A model generated the notes under the pieces. The model had not been told where the DNA came from. It was given only the letters and a program-made list of their open reading frames with translations, and searched no databases. From assembly GCA_965204465.1 (NCBI GenBank), contig OZ241995.1, positions 933,688 through 997,687 of the forward strand: DNA of 64,000 nucleotides, given 5' to 3'. Shown piece after piece: positions 1-9,410 of the stretch (positions are counted from its first letter, which is position 1; every line of letters begins with the position of its first letter). The position numbers and the translations under genes were made by a program. Origin of the DNA: Leptospiria bacterium (GTDB lineage Bacteria; Spirochaetota; Leptospiria; Turneriellales; CBDBES01).

Positions 1-572
1 ATTTTTTTGCCCAATCCACACATAATTCTTTATATTCTATAATTAATAATGCAAAATTTATTTTGAACGTTCACATGGATATACATTTAATTCCTATGAG
101 CTCTTTTTTAGTTTCTTCTTTTACATTTATTTTGTCCTTTGTCGTTTTTCTAGTGATTTATTTATTCACAGAAGGAAAAGCCTCTGATCATGTATTTATA
201 CCATATAGATTATTTATTGGGTTTATTTCACTTATTATGCTCATATATGGAATTGGCTCTATACTTTCCTGGACTGCCTGCTTCTATAGAGATATACAAC
301 CAGTATGGGAACTTATTTTGATATATGGGATATTTATTTCACCCGTGATTTATACCATTCCTATACCAGATGATATGGTTTATCTTTATTATTCTTTAAA
401 CCCAATAGCTTTTCCTTTGGAAATGGTAAAATCTTATTTTTTTCCTTTAACCCCTAGAATGGAGCAAGATTTCTATTGGCAGATCATATATTTTTTGTCT
501 CTTTTTCTTTTGTTGATTTTGGGTTATGTATTCATGAAGAAAATAGAGCTTAATATTAGAGATAGTCTATGA
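1..572 (+). CDS. ABC-2 type polysaccharide/O-antigen exporter permease (Wzm/TagG-like), 5'-partial; frame is open to window start
   Basis: Frame open back to nt 3; multi-TM hydrophobic protein; 4-nt overlap (ATGA) with downstream ABC ATPase. Confidence 0.5.
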   Translation, partial: FFAQSTHNSLYSIINNAKFILNVHMDIHLIPMSSFLVSSFTFILSFVVFLVIYLFTEGKASDHVFIPYRLFIGFISLIMLIYGIGSILSWTACFYRDIQPVWELILIYGIFISPVIYTIPIPDDMVYLYYSLNPIAFPLEMVKSYFFPLTPRMEQDFYWQIIYFLSLFLLLILGYVFMKKIELNIRDSL

Positions 573-1204
573 TTCGATTTGAAAATACAAGTAAATGGTT
601 CATGCACAATAAAATGAAAAACTATATACTTAAAAATTTTTCTTATACTTTTGAATCAGGTATATTTGGAGTTTATGGTCCCAATGGATCGGGTAAGTCT
701 TCCCTTATGCGTTTAATAGCGGGAACTTTGATACCAAATAAAGGAAATATTTATAAAAAAGGTTTAGTGGTCCCCTTTTTACAGTTAGGTATTTCTTTCA
801 ATGATGAGCTTTCAGGCGAGGAAAACATTTTTGTCAATGGCTGTCTTTTAGATCTGCCATGGAAAACTTTAAAAAATATTACAAACGAGATCATATCTTT
901 TGCTGCTTTGTCAGACTATAAAGAGAAGCCTCTTAAATTTTATTCTTCTGGAATGAAAGCACGTCTGGCCTATTCCATTTCCAAGTACGCTAATGGGGAT
1001 ATTTATATTTTTGATGAGATATTAGCAGTGGGGGATGAAGACTTCCAGAAGAAGTGCTGGGAACACCTTCATTTTTTAAGAGAGAAAAAAAATCTTATTT
1101 TTGTCGTTAGTCATGACCATGATTACCTAAAAGAATATTCTGATAAAATTGTACTTTGTTCTCATGAAACGAATCCTGTAATAGAAAATAATAAATATTC
1201 TTAA
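569..1204 (+). CDS. ABC transporter ATP-binding protein (Wzt/TagH-like polysaccharide exporter ATPase)
   Basis: Walker A GPNGSGKSS, signature-like YSSGMKARL, Walker B IYIFDEILAVGD, H-loop; translationally coupled to upstream permease. Confidence 0.8.
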   Translation: MIRFENTSKWFMHNKMKNYILKNFSYTFESGIFGVYGPNGSGKSSLMRLIAGTLIPNKGNIYKKGLVVPFLQLGISFNDELSGEENIFVNGCLLDLPWKTLKNITNEIISFAALSDYKEKPLKFYSSGMKARLAYSISKYANGDIYIFDEILAVGDEDFQKKCWEHLHFLREKKNLIFVVSHDHDYLKEYSDKIVLCSHETNPVIENNKYS

Positions 1205-1577
1205 AAATAATATGAAATATACTTATTTTCAAAGTTTCTAAAAGAAGGTTTAAAGAAGTTTGTCATTTGCTGGTTTTATTGATTATGAACTTTTTGTTAA
1301 TAAAAAATGCACTCAAAGCTTGATTAGTATCATTATCATAATGACTATGAGATTTCCCGCAAGTGTTAAAAAATAAAAAAGACTTGTCATCGTAAGCGTT
1401 CAAAAAATATGCGTGTATTCCAATATGCGTGTATTCCCATAAGTCATTGATAAAGAATATGTTAATATCTCTAAAGAAGTTAATTATTATATTCATGAAA
1501 TGATAATTGTACAAAGGTAAGAAATTCTTTTTAAATTCTTTTTAATGAAAAATTATCAATATATTAACTCATAACTC

Positions 1578-2738
1578 ATGAAGAAAATAAAAATACTACA
1601 CGTTTTTCAACAATTTTCCAATGACAGTTATGGCGGCATTGAAGAAGTTATCAGGCAATTATGTATTAGGACTCAAAAATTTAACATAGAAAACAAAGTG
1701 TTTACCCTACAGAAAAAAAAGAATGTACCTTTCAAAAACAACTTTAATAATATCATGGTTGTTTCTTGTCCGACTACTTTTAGAATAGCTTCCACTAGTT
1801 TTTCTATGAATTGTTTCAAGGCATTTAAAAGAGAAACAAATTGGGCAGATATCATTCATTATCATTTTCCATGGCCGTTTGCAGACTTGCTTCATCTACT
1901 GATAGTAAGGAAGAAAAAACCAGCTATTGTAACATACCATTCAGACATTGTACGTCAAAAAATTCTAAAAATAATATATACACCTCTTATGTATTATTTT
2001 CTGAACTCTATGAAATTGACGATCACTGACTCGCCTCAATATAAAAAGACAAGTAAAATATTATCAAAGCTTAAGTCTGAAGTAACGGCAATTCAGATTG
2101 ACTTGGATAGAAAATTAATGCCCGATCCAGATAAAGAAAGAATCGCTTTTTGGAAATCAAAATTAAGCAATAAATTCTTTTTATTTATTGGACGACTGAC
2201 TTATTACAAAGGCGTTCATTTTCTTGTGGATGCTTTAAAAGGAACAGGTTATCCTTGTGTGATTGCAGGTGATGGCCAGGAAATGCATAAAATAAAAAAG
2301 AAAATTAAAGATTTAAAAATTAATAATATTCATTTAACTGGATCCATTGCACATAGAGATAAAATAGCCCTGCTCCATTTATGCTATGCTCTGGTTTTAC
2401 CCTCTATCTATCGTTCAGAGGCCTTTGGGATTGTATTATTAGAAGGAGCCATGTTTGGAAAGCCACTTATCTCAACAGAGTTAGGCACGGCCACATCTAA
2501 AATAAATATACATAATGAAACCGGTATCGTTGTGCCCCCGCATAATACAGAAATGCTTAGAAACGCTCTTACAGATCTATGGGAGAATCCACAAAAAGTA
2601 AGAAAATTTGGAAAGAATGCAAAGAAACATTTCGAACGCAATTTTGCATCAAAAGACATGTCATTTAATTATGCGCAGGTTTACCAGAGAATATATAATA
2701 ACCACATTGATCCTAATTTTGGTAAGAAACAGAAGTAG
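1578..2738 (+). CDS. Glycosyltransferase family 4 (GT-B fold)
   Basis: C-terminal EAFGIVLLEGAMFGKPLISTELG motif typical of GT1/GT4 retaining glycosyltransferases. Confidence 0.8.
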   Translation: MKKIKILHVFQQFSNDSYGGIEEVIRQLCIRTQKFNIENKVFTLQKKKNVPFKNNFNNIMVVSCPTTFRIASTSFSMNCFKAFKRETNWADIIHYHFPWPFADLLHLLIVRKKKPAIVTYHSDIVRQKILKIIYTPLMYYFLNSMKLTITDSPQYKKTSKILSKLKSEVTAIQIDLDRKLMPDPDKERIAFWKSKLSNKFFLFIGRLTYYKGVHFLVDALKGTGYPCVIAGDGQEMHKIKKKIKDLKINNIHLTGSIAHRDKIALLHLCYALVLPSIYRSEAFGIVLLEGAMFGKPLISTELGTATSKINIHNETGIVVPPHNTEMLRNALTDLWENPQKVRKFGKNAKKHFERNFASKDMSFNYAQVYQRIYNNHIDPNFGKKQK

Positions 2739-2997
2739 AATTGCTGCCAAAATAAATATAATTTGATCATTTAGCAAAAACAGTTTTTTTTCAAGTAAGG
2801 CTAAAAAGTTAATTTTTTATTTACAATTTTATAATTTTCTGTATAATATTTTTTAACCATTTTCGACCGTGATCAGCAATTTTTATTTTGTTGCTACTAT
2901 ATTCAATTTTCAAAAATTGACCATTGACTAAGATAAGAAAAATAATCGAATATTTTAAAGAGGTAAAAATTTTCTTACTAATTTATTTTTTATTTTT

Positions 2998-3219
2998 ATG
3001 GAAGAAGATACAAATGACGAGTTAAATCAAAATATCCCCGATATTGAAGAAGAAGACGATGATTTGACAGATCAAGAGTCAATAGGGATTTTCGTAAGCT
3101 ATGTATGCGAAGATTGTGATTATCGCTGGGATATCAAATTTCAGGATGAATTAGAAGCAGAAATGAATGAAGCGCAGCATTGTTTGATGTGTGGAAGCCT
3201 TAATTCTGTTCAAATTTAG
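2998..3219 (+). CDS. Small acidic zinc-ribbon protein (CxxC...CxxC)
   Basis: 73 aa; N-terminal D/E-rich, C-terminal CEDCDYRW...CLMCGS; AT-rich upstream region. Confidence 0.4.
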   Translation: MEEDTNDELNQNIPDIEEEDDDLTDQESIGIFVSYVCEDCDYRWDIKFQDELEAEMNEAQHCLMCGSLNSVQI

Positions 3220-3227
3220 TACTTTAA

Positions 3228-4091
3228 TTGATCGATAAAAATTACTTCATACTGGCAAATAAATCCAGTGGCACGACTTCTCGTTCCTTTATGGAACGCA
3301 TCGTTGAAGACCCTAAGAATACCAAATGTGGATTAGAGGGTATCCTGGATCCTTTTGCTTCTGGGTTGGTCCTGATTGGTGTTGGCTATGCGACTAAATT
3401 TTTTTCTTTTTTTGCTTCTCTATCTAAAACATATGAAGCAGTTCTTCTTCTGGGGAAAGAAACAGATACATTGGATCCCACTGGTATAGCCATAAAAAGT
3501 AAACCAGTTCCTCCTTTAAGTGGATCAAAAATAATATCTATTTTTAGTCAATTCATAGGTAAGACAAAACAAAAACCGCCTATCTATTCAAATGTTAAAA
3601 TAAATGGAAGACCTGCCAGAAAATTAGCAAGAGAAGGCACAATTGTAGAGTTAAATAAAAAAGAAGTATATGTGCATGATTTAAGGCTTTCTAAATTCGA
3701 CAGCTGCCATATACACTTCGAATGCTGTACGAGTAAAGGGGTATATATTCGATCCTTAGGACGTGATATTGCAGAGGCTTTAGGTACGGTAGGACATTTA
3801 ATTCATCTGAATAGATCCCAAATAGGCAAGTTCAGTATAAAGCAAATTGAGGATAGCACAGAAGAAAATGCATGGATGAAAAAAATGTCTATTGCTGAGG
3901 CTCTCTATTGGTTTCCTGAGATCCATTTAGAGAATAAATTTGTGACCATTCTTAGAAGAGGACAAAGCTTTCCCTATCCGGTTCCCAATGGTATATATAA
4001 ATTGAATAGCCAGAATATATTTGCTGGTTTAGTGGAAGCCCAAAACGGAATGATGAAACCAAGGAAAATGATTTTTGATAGATCATCTTAA
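3228..4091 (+). CDS. truB: tRNA pseudouridine(55) synthase TruB
   Basis: GILDPFASGLVLIGVGYATKF catalytic-Asp motif and YEAVLLLGKETDTLDPTG motif; real start may lie slightly upstream (non-ATG). Confidence 0.65.
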   Translation: MIDKNYFILANKSSGTTSRSFMERIVEDPKNTKCGLEGILDPFASGLVLIGVGYATKFFSFFASLSKTYEAVLLLGKETDTLDPTGIAIKSKPVPPLSGSKIISIFSQFIGKTKQKPPIYSNVKINGRPARKLAREGTIVELNKKEVYVHDLRLSKFDSCHIHFECCTSKGVYIRSLGRDIAEALGTVGHLIHLNRSQIGKFSIKQIEDSTEENAWMKKMSIAEALYWFPEIHLENKFVTILRRGQSFPYPVPNGIYKLNSQNIFAGLVEAQNGMMKPRKMIFDRSS

Positions 4092-4106
4092 AATATAAGA
4101 ACCCTT

Positions 4107-6401
4107 TTAGTACGTTTTCAATGAATTCTCAATCGCATTCGCCCAGGCGACAAAGGGATCTTTCAATGGAACGGAAAGATCATCTGTAAATTGAAGCTCT
4201 GGTTTAAAAGTTACTTTACCCAATGGAAGTAGTTTTGTAGAATGTTTTTTACTGAATCGGAGTAGATTGGCTAAATTCTTATCCTCAATCGCTATTAAGT
4301 AGCAATGGGCTGATTCTCCCCATAAAACTTCATCCAAAGAAATGTCTTTTGAATATGTATTTTGAATGAACGTTGGATCATAAGTGAATCCTATTTCTTT
4401 TTTGTAAGATTCCATAGTCGAAAATAACATTCTAAGCAAGGCAACCATTAGCCCCCCTAAAGAAATATCAATGGCGGCTGCAATCAGTTTATTCTGTTGG
4501 GCTTTTCTTAAAAAATTAGCGGATGTTTCTTCTGCTTTTAATTTTAAAAGAGGGAGAGGTCCTGATTTTTTTTGAAATATATATCTATACCAGGAGCTCC
4601 TGAGTTCGGGAATAAAATCACCCATTAAGAATATATTCTGTAAGGGGTTCAAGCATATACCCAAAGCAGTATCGGGGTCATGATGAATTCCCACCATACC
4701 GATCGTAGGAGTTGGTAGAATAGGCCCTTCTTTACTTTCGTTATAAAAAGAAACATTTCCACCTGTAATGGGAATTTTAAAAAACTCAGCAGCATCTGAC
4801 ATTCCCTGAACGGCTTTCTCAAAAAAATAGAAGTTGTGGGGTACATAGGGATCAGCAAAATTGAGACAATTGGTGATTCCAATCGGCTCAGATCCAGTGG
4901 ATACGATATTCCTAAAACCTTCCGCTACTATATGTTGGGCGCCATCATAGGGGTCTAAATGTACATAATAACCATTTCCATCTACAGAGGCGGTAATTCC
5001 CAGGTTCTCTTGCTTCAATTTGATCATGCCAGCATTTTGTCCCGGACCGATCCATCTTCTCAAACCAATGTCCGTATCATATTGCTCATATACATATTTT
5101 TTAGAGGCTATATTCATATCCGACATCATTTGTGTGATAATTTCTGTTAGCTTCAGGGCATTTTTTTCTTTGACCGCATGATGCATGGCCCATATATCAT
5201 ATTCTTCTGACCAATTATCTGGTTTAGGTGGCATCTGGGATTTTCTTTTGTAGCGGGGAGCTTCATTTACCAATAATTCAGAAGGAACTTTAGCGCATAC
5301 TTTGCCTTCCTGACAGAGTATTATATTCTTTTCAAAACATATTTCTCCAATCGGAACGGCATTCAATTTCCATTTATTGTATATTTTTTGTACCTTCAAT
5401 ACATTCTCTGGTTTTACGATCAAAAGCATTCTTTCCTGACTCTCTGAAAGCATGAATTCAAAAGGTAGCATATTCTCTTCTCTGGCTGGAATTTTTTCTA
5501 AATTGATCTTGATCCCCACCCCCCCAGAAGCAGACATCTCACTGCAAGAGCTGATCAATCCAGCGGCACCCATGTCTTGTATAGAAAGGATCAACTTTTT
5601 TTGAATGCACTCTAAACTTGCTTCCATTAGCAATTTCTCCATAAAAGGATCTCCTACCTGTACCGCAGACCTTTCTTGTTCAGAATCTTCGCTTAAATTT
5701 TTAGAAGCAAAACTAGCCCCATGTATACCATCTCTGCCTGTCTTAGCCCCCCCATACATTACAATATTTCCTGGACCATTTGCCTTAGAAAAGGTTATTT
5801 GATCTATTTTCGCCACCCCTATAACCATTGCATTTACCAAAGGATTTTTAGTATATGAATCATGAAAAAAAATCTCTCCACCCATACATGAAATCCCAAG
5901 CGAATTTCCATAATCGCCAATTCCTTTTACCACTTGCTTCATGAGGTATCTGTTTTCTTTATTTTTTAATGGCCCAAATCTAAGAGAATTAAGACTAGCA
6001 ACGGGGCGGGCCCCCATGGTAAATATATCTCTCATGATACCGCCCACTCCGGTAGCTGCCCCCTGGTATGGCTCTATGGCAGAAGGGTGATTATGAGATT
6101 CTATTTTAAATACAAGAGCAAGTTTATCACTGATTTTTAGAGCACCTGCATTCTCTGACCCCGGTTTGGCCAAAATTCTGTTAGAGTCGCTATAGAGTTT
6201 TTTTAAAAGTAAAATAGAATTTTTGTAGGAACAATGTTCAGACCACATTCCAGAAAACATGGCCAGCTCTGTAAAATTAGGAGAACGCCCTAATTTTTTT
6301 TGTATTAATTCAAATTCTTCTTCCAGAAGCCCAAGATCTATCGCAGTCTCGGAATTACATATTTCCGATTCTGTTACTTTTTTACTTTTCAATAATTTCA
6401 T
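4107..6401 (-). CDS. purL: Phosphoribosylformylglycinamidine synthase subunit PurL (FGAM synthase II)
   Basis: 764 aa; duplicated AIRS-like domains, GGNVSFYNES and other PurL motifs. Confidence 0.85.
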   Translation of the reverse strand: MKLLKSKKVTESEICNSETAIDLGLLEEEFELIQKKLGRSPNFTELAMFSGMWSEHCSYKNSILLLKKLYSDSNRILAKPGSENAGALKISDKLALVFKIESHNHPSAIEPYQGAATGVGGIMRDIFTMGARPVASLNSLRFGPLKNKENRYLMKQVVKGIGDYGNSLGISCMGGEIFFHDSYTKNPLVNAMVIGVAKIDQITFSKANGPGNIVMYGGAKTGRDGIHGASFASKNLSEDSEQERSAVQVGDPFMEKLLMEASLECIQKKLILSIQDMGAAGLISSCSEMSASGGVGIKINLEKIPAREENMLPFEFMLSESQERMLLIVKPENVLKVQKIYNKWKLNAVPIGEICFEKNIILCQEGKVCAKVPSELLVNEAPRYKRKSQMPPKPDNWSEEYDIWAMHHAVKEKNALKLTEIITQMMSDMNIASKKYVYEQYDTDIGLRRWIGPGQNAGMIKLKQENLGITASVDGNGYYVHLDPYDGAQHIVAEGFRNIVSTGSEPIGITNCLNFADPYVPHNFYFFEKAVQGMSDAAEFFKIPITGGNVSFYNESKEGPILPTPTIGMVGIHHDPDTALGICLNPLQNIFLMGDFIPELRSSWYRYIFQKKSGPLPLLKLKAEETSANFLRKAQQNKLIAAAIDISLGGLMVALLRMLFSTMESYKKEIGFTYDPTFIQNTYSKDISLDEVLWGESAHCYLIAIEDKNLANLLRFSKKHSTKLLPLGKVTFKPELQFTDDLSVPLKDPFVAWANAIENSLKTY

Positions 6402-6522
6402 AGATATTCTTATTTTGCGAGTAAGATGTGTCTTTTTTATTCAGTTAGTAAATAAAAATTCTTTTTTTCTATTTTTAATATACTCATCTGGATTTATTTT
6501 TAAAGTAATCTGCTGCCTCATT

Positions 6523-7797
6523 TTAATATCCAACCTTCACCAAAACATCTTCTTTCTCAATAGAGAAATTTATTCCAGCATAAAGCGAAAATGTTAAATA
6601 ATTACCAGAAATATCTTCCGCCGCAGGATTCTTATGATCGACAATATTATATTTCACTGACCAACCAAGATGCCAGGTTTTCCATTTAGAGAAAAAATAT
6701 TTTCCCCCCAGGCCAAAATTGAAGTTATAAGAAACACTCCGCAAAGATTTTTCATTATTATTGGATGGAGGCAATAGTATGAGCAAGTCAAGTCCAATAC
6801 CCGCTATGAATGAAAAATGAATCTGACTAAACTTTAGGAATTCATAATCAATTTCAAAGCCTAAAAATAAGCCAGAAAAACTATTTGATGTTTGAAACAT
6901 ATTTGTGTTAGGGTTGATTACAGTAATACTCTTTTCTTCAATGCTAAAATGACCAAGAATGATAAAATTATAGGTAAGGGGAAAGAAATACCCTCCCACT
7001 GAAATTCCAAATTCCATGAATCCACCTAAAGATAATAAATTACTATGGGGGAGCAAATAAGAAGAGATCAATGCAAAATGAACAAATCTTGTTTTATTAA
7101 CCCCTTTATTGAACTGATCGATAAAATATTTTTGTAATTTTGTTTCTTTATATTTTTCTTTCCAAATTTCTTTCAAAAAAGCTTTAAATTGATTTGAATA
7201 ATGAAGAGCTAAAAGATATTGCACATTATTTTTGTTGGTCAATTTTTTCAATATCTCTAGTGATACTTTTTGAGTAATTTGATTTAGCTCTTTATATTTT
7301 TTATTTTTTAATTTAGCATAGGCTTCCGGGTGAGTCATTAGAAACCGATAATTATAAAGATGATTTATTATGTATTCAGAATAAATATCTTCAACAAAAC
7401 TATTATTTAGAATTCGATATAGTATTTTTATCCGCGTTAAAATTTCAATTGGTTCGCAATCCTTTTCCCATTTTTCTATAATTTTTTTAAATGATCTATA
7501 CTCCTTATTTTTAAATATAATGATACTTTGGTTAATACCATCATGAGTAGTCTTAATACAAGACTTAGGATGTTTCTTCGATATATTATTTTTAGAGTTT
7601 TCTTGAGCTATTGATCTATTGGGGAATAGTGAAAAAAAAATGAATAGCACAGAGAATAATGATCTTGAATGAAAGTTTCTTATAAAATTTAATCTGCAAG
7701 AGAAGATATCTGAGGCTAGTTTAATTATCTCATTACCTGGAATATTTTCAAACTTAGCATGATCATTCATGGATTGGGAAGTGAGTAGGGGGGTCAA
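6523..7797 (-). CDS. Hypothetical outer-membrane beta-barrel protein
   Basis: Internal signal-like segment (LFSVLFIFFSLFPNRSIAQ) suggests a later, possibly non-ATG, start; C-terminal third is an alternating amphipathic beta-strand pattern. Confidence 0.35.
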   Translation of the reverse strand: MTPLLTSQSMNDHAKFENIPGNEIIKLASDIFSCRLNFIRNFHSRSLFSVLFIFFSLFPNRSIAQENSKNNISKKHPKSCIKTTHDGINQSIIIFKNKEYRSFKKIIEKWEKDCEPIEILTRIKILYRILNNSFVEDIYSEYIINHLYNYRFLMTHPEAYAKLKNKKYKELNQITQKVSLEILKKLTNKNNVQYLLALHYSNQFKAFLKEIWKEKYKETKLQKYFIDQFNKGVNKTRFVHFALISSYLLPHSNLLSLGGFMEFGISVGGYFFPLTYNFIILGHFSIEEKSITVINPNTNMFQTSNSFSGLFLGFEIDYEFLKFSQIHFSFIAGIGLDLLILLPPSNNNEKSLRSVSYNFNFGLGGKYFFSKWKTWHLGWSVKYNIVDHKNPAAEDISGNYLTFSLYAGINFSIEKEDVLVKVGY

Positions 7798-8605
7798 CTG
7801 CTAAAAAGATAATTCCATGCCGATCTGCTTCCATGATAAGTTCTTTGGCATCTGCTACAAAAATTTGGTTGGCTTCTATTGCCATAATATGACAGCCACT
7901 CTCTTTTAATACTTGTATCGTATCCGGCCCTATTGTAGGAACATCAAAACGGTCATCTTGTTTTTCTCTACTTGATTTGCAGACCACCCCTCCTTTTCCT
8001 TGTAAAAGGCCGCCCCCTCTAAGGATGCATGCATTTGTACCTTCCATTGCTTCTACGGATAATATAGTTTTATCTTTGACAACAATTGTCTGACCAATGT
8101 CCATGCTGCTTATCTTTTTAGCATAATACATCCCAAATTGTATATCCAACCATTCTTCCTTGTCTGGCTCTTTTTTAGTATATACTCTTTTGGATAGCAG
8201 TAAAGAAGAAAGAAATCTTTTTTGTGATACGATCTCTATTTTATTTCTTTGAAATTCTCTTAGGATCACCTCAAAAATACTATTATCACTTTTACTTTTC
8301 ATAGATTTGATGAGTAAAAGCGATTCTGGATCAAATTTTAGATTTCTGAATAAATGTTCTTTACTTACTTTACCTACCATAAGAGCATGAGATATTTTAT
8401 CGGTCAACAATTGATCGAAAAGGTTCTTTGTTTTTGTAAGGCTTATTTGCCTTATAATGGGCTTTAGTTCTTGATAGAATGGATTTTGATCAAAGTCTTC
8501 TTCTTTAATGATGTAGATAAGAGTATCTATTCCTTCTGCAATGGATGTTTTCGCAGCAATGGCGGGTAATATTCCAGATCCAGCGATAATTCCAATTTTT
8601 TTCAT
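7763..8605 (-). CDS. DUF1009/LpxI-like protein (possible UDP-2,3-diacylglucosamine pyrophosphatase)
   Basis: N-terminal MKKIGIIAGSGILP matches the LpxI family N-terminus; ~280 aa. Confidence 0.45.
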   Translation of the reverse strand: MKKIGIIAGSGILPAIAAKTSIAEGIDTLIYIIKEEDFDQNPFYQELKPIIRQISLTKTKNLFDQLLTDKISHALMVGKVSKEHLFRNLKFDPESLLLIKSMKSKSDNSIFEVILREFQRNKIEIVSQKRFLSSLLLSKRVYTKKEPDKEEWLDIQFGMYYAKKISSMDIGQTIVVKDKTILSVEAMEGTNACILRGGGLLQGKGGVVCKSSREKQDDRFDVPTIGPDTIQVLKESGCHIMAIEANQIFVADAKELIMEADRHGIIFLAVDPPTHFPIHE

Positions 8606-8657
8606 AAAAGGACTTGTTGAAATTGATTTTATTGATTGATTTTATTATTGACTTCTA

Positions 8658-9410
8658 TTGGCAAATAAATTTTTTAATATAATGCCTTTAAAAACAGAAA
8701 TTCGAATAGGTCGTTTTTTATCTCATACAGGGCTTTGCAGCAGAAGAAATGCTAAAGATTTCTTAGAGCGGAATGATGTTTTCTTTGATAGCAAAAAAAT
8801 AACCGATCTGAATTTTAAAATCCCTGAAAGTAAATTGAATATGCCTATTGTTGTGGGTAGAGAAAAATATTATTGGAAGGCAAAAAAAGAGATCATTTTG
8901 TTGAATAAACCATCAGGATATATTTGTTCTCATAGAGAATATAAGAATCAAAGATCAGTGATGAGACTATTACCTCCTGAAAAGAGAAAATTTTTTCTAG
9001 CGGGCAGACTGGATTTTATGTCCAGAGGTTTAGTTGTATTTTCAAATAATGGAGAAATAATCCATAAATTAATGCATCCTTCTTTTAAAATAGAAAAGGT
9101 TTATCATGTAAAGATCCATTCCCCTTTGAAGAAGGATGAAATAAATAAAACCTTAAATGGCATATATGATGAGGGGGCTCTATTAAAATTTGATAAGATA
9201 AGGCTCATCCAAAAAGAAAAAAAAGAATATGCTGTTACTCTTCATGGAGGCAAAAAAAGAGAAATAAGAAGGATCATGAAACACTTTTCGCGTATAGTAC
9301 TGGATATAAAGAGAGTCAGACTTGGAAATTTTAAATTGAATGATCTGAAAGAGGGAGAAATCATGACCATTTTATTGCATGGCATTTTACTATGTTCAAA
9401 TATAATGTAG
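8658..9410 (+). CDS. rRNA pseudouridine synthase (RsuA/RluB family) with N-terminal S4 domain
   Basis: LAGRLDFMSRGLVVFSNNGE catalytic motif (RLD...SxGL). Confidence 0.75.
   Translation: MANKFFNIMPLKTEIRIGRFLSHTGLCSRRNAKDFLERNDVFFDSKKITDLNFKIPESKLNMPIVVGREKYYWKAKKEIILLNKPSGYICSHREYKNQRSVMRLLPPEKRKFFLAGRLDFMSRGLVVFSNNGEIIHKLMHPSFKIEKVYHVKIHSPLKKDEINKTLNGIYDEGALLKFDKIRLIQKEKKEYAVTLHGGKKREIRRIMKHFSRIVLDIKRVRLGNFKLNDLKEGEIMTILLHGILLCSNIM

Noticed and set aside
1263-1514. 83-aa minus-strand ORF in the ABC/GT intergenic region, with a 15-bp direct repeat ATATGCGTGTATTCC x2
   Set aside because: It has no motifs and the region is AT-rich with an internal tandem duplication. It is more likely promoter or spacer DNA. 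It is kept only as a note.
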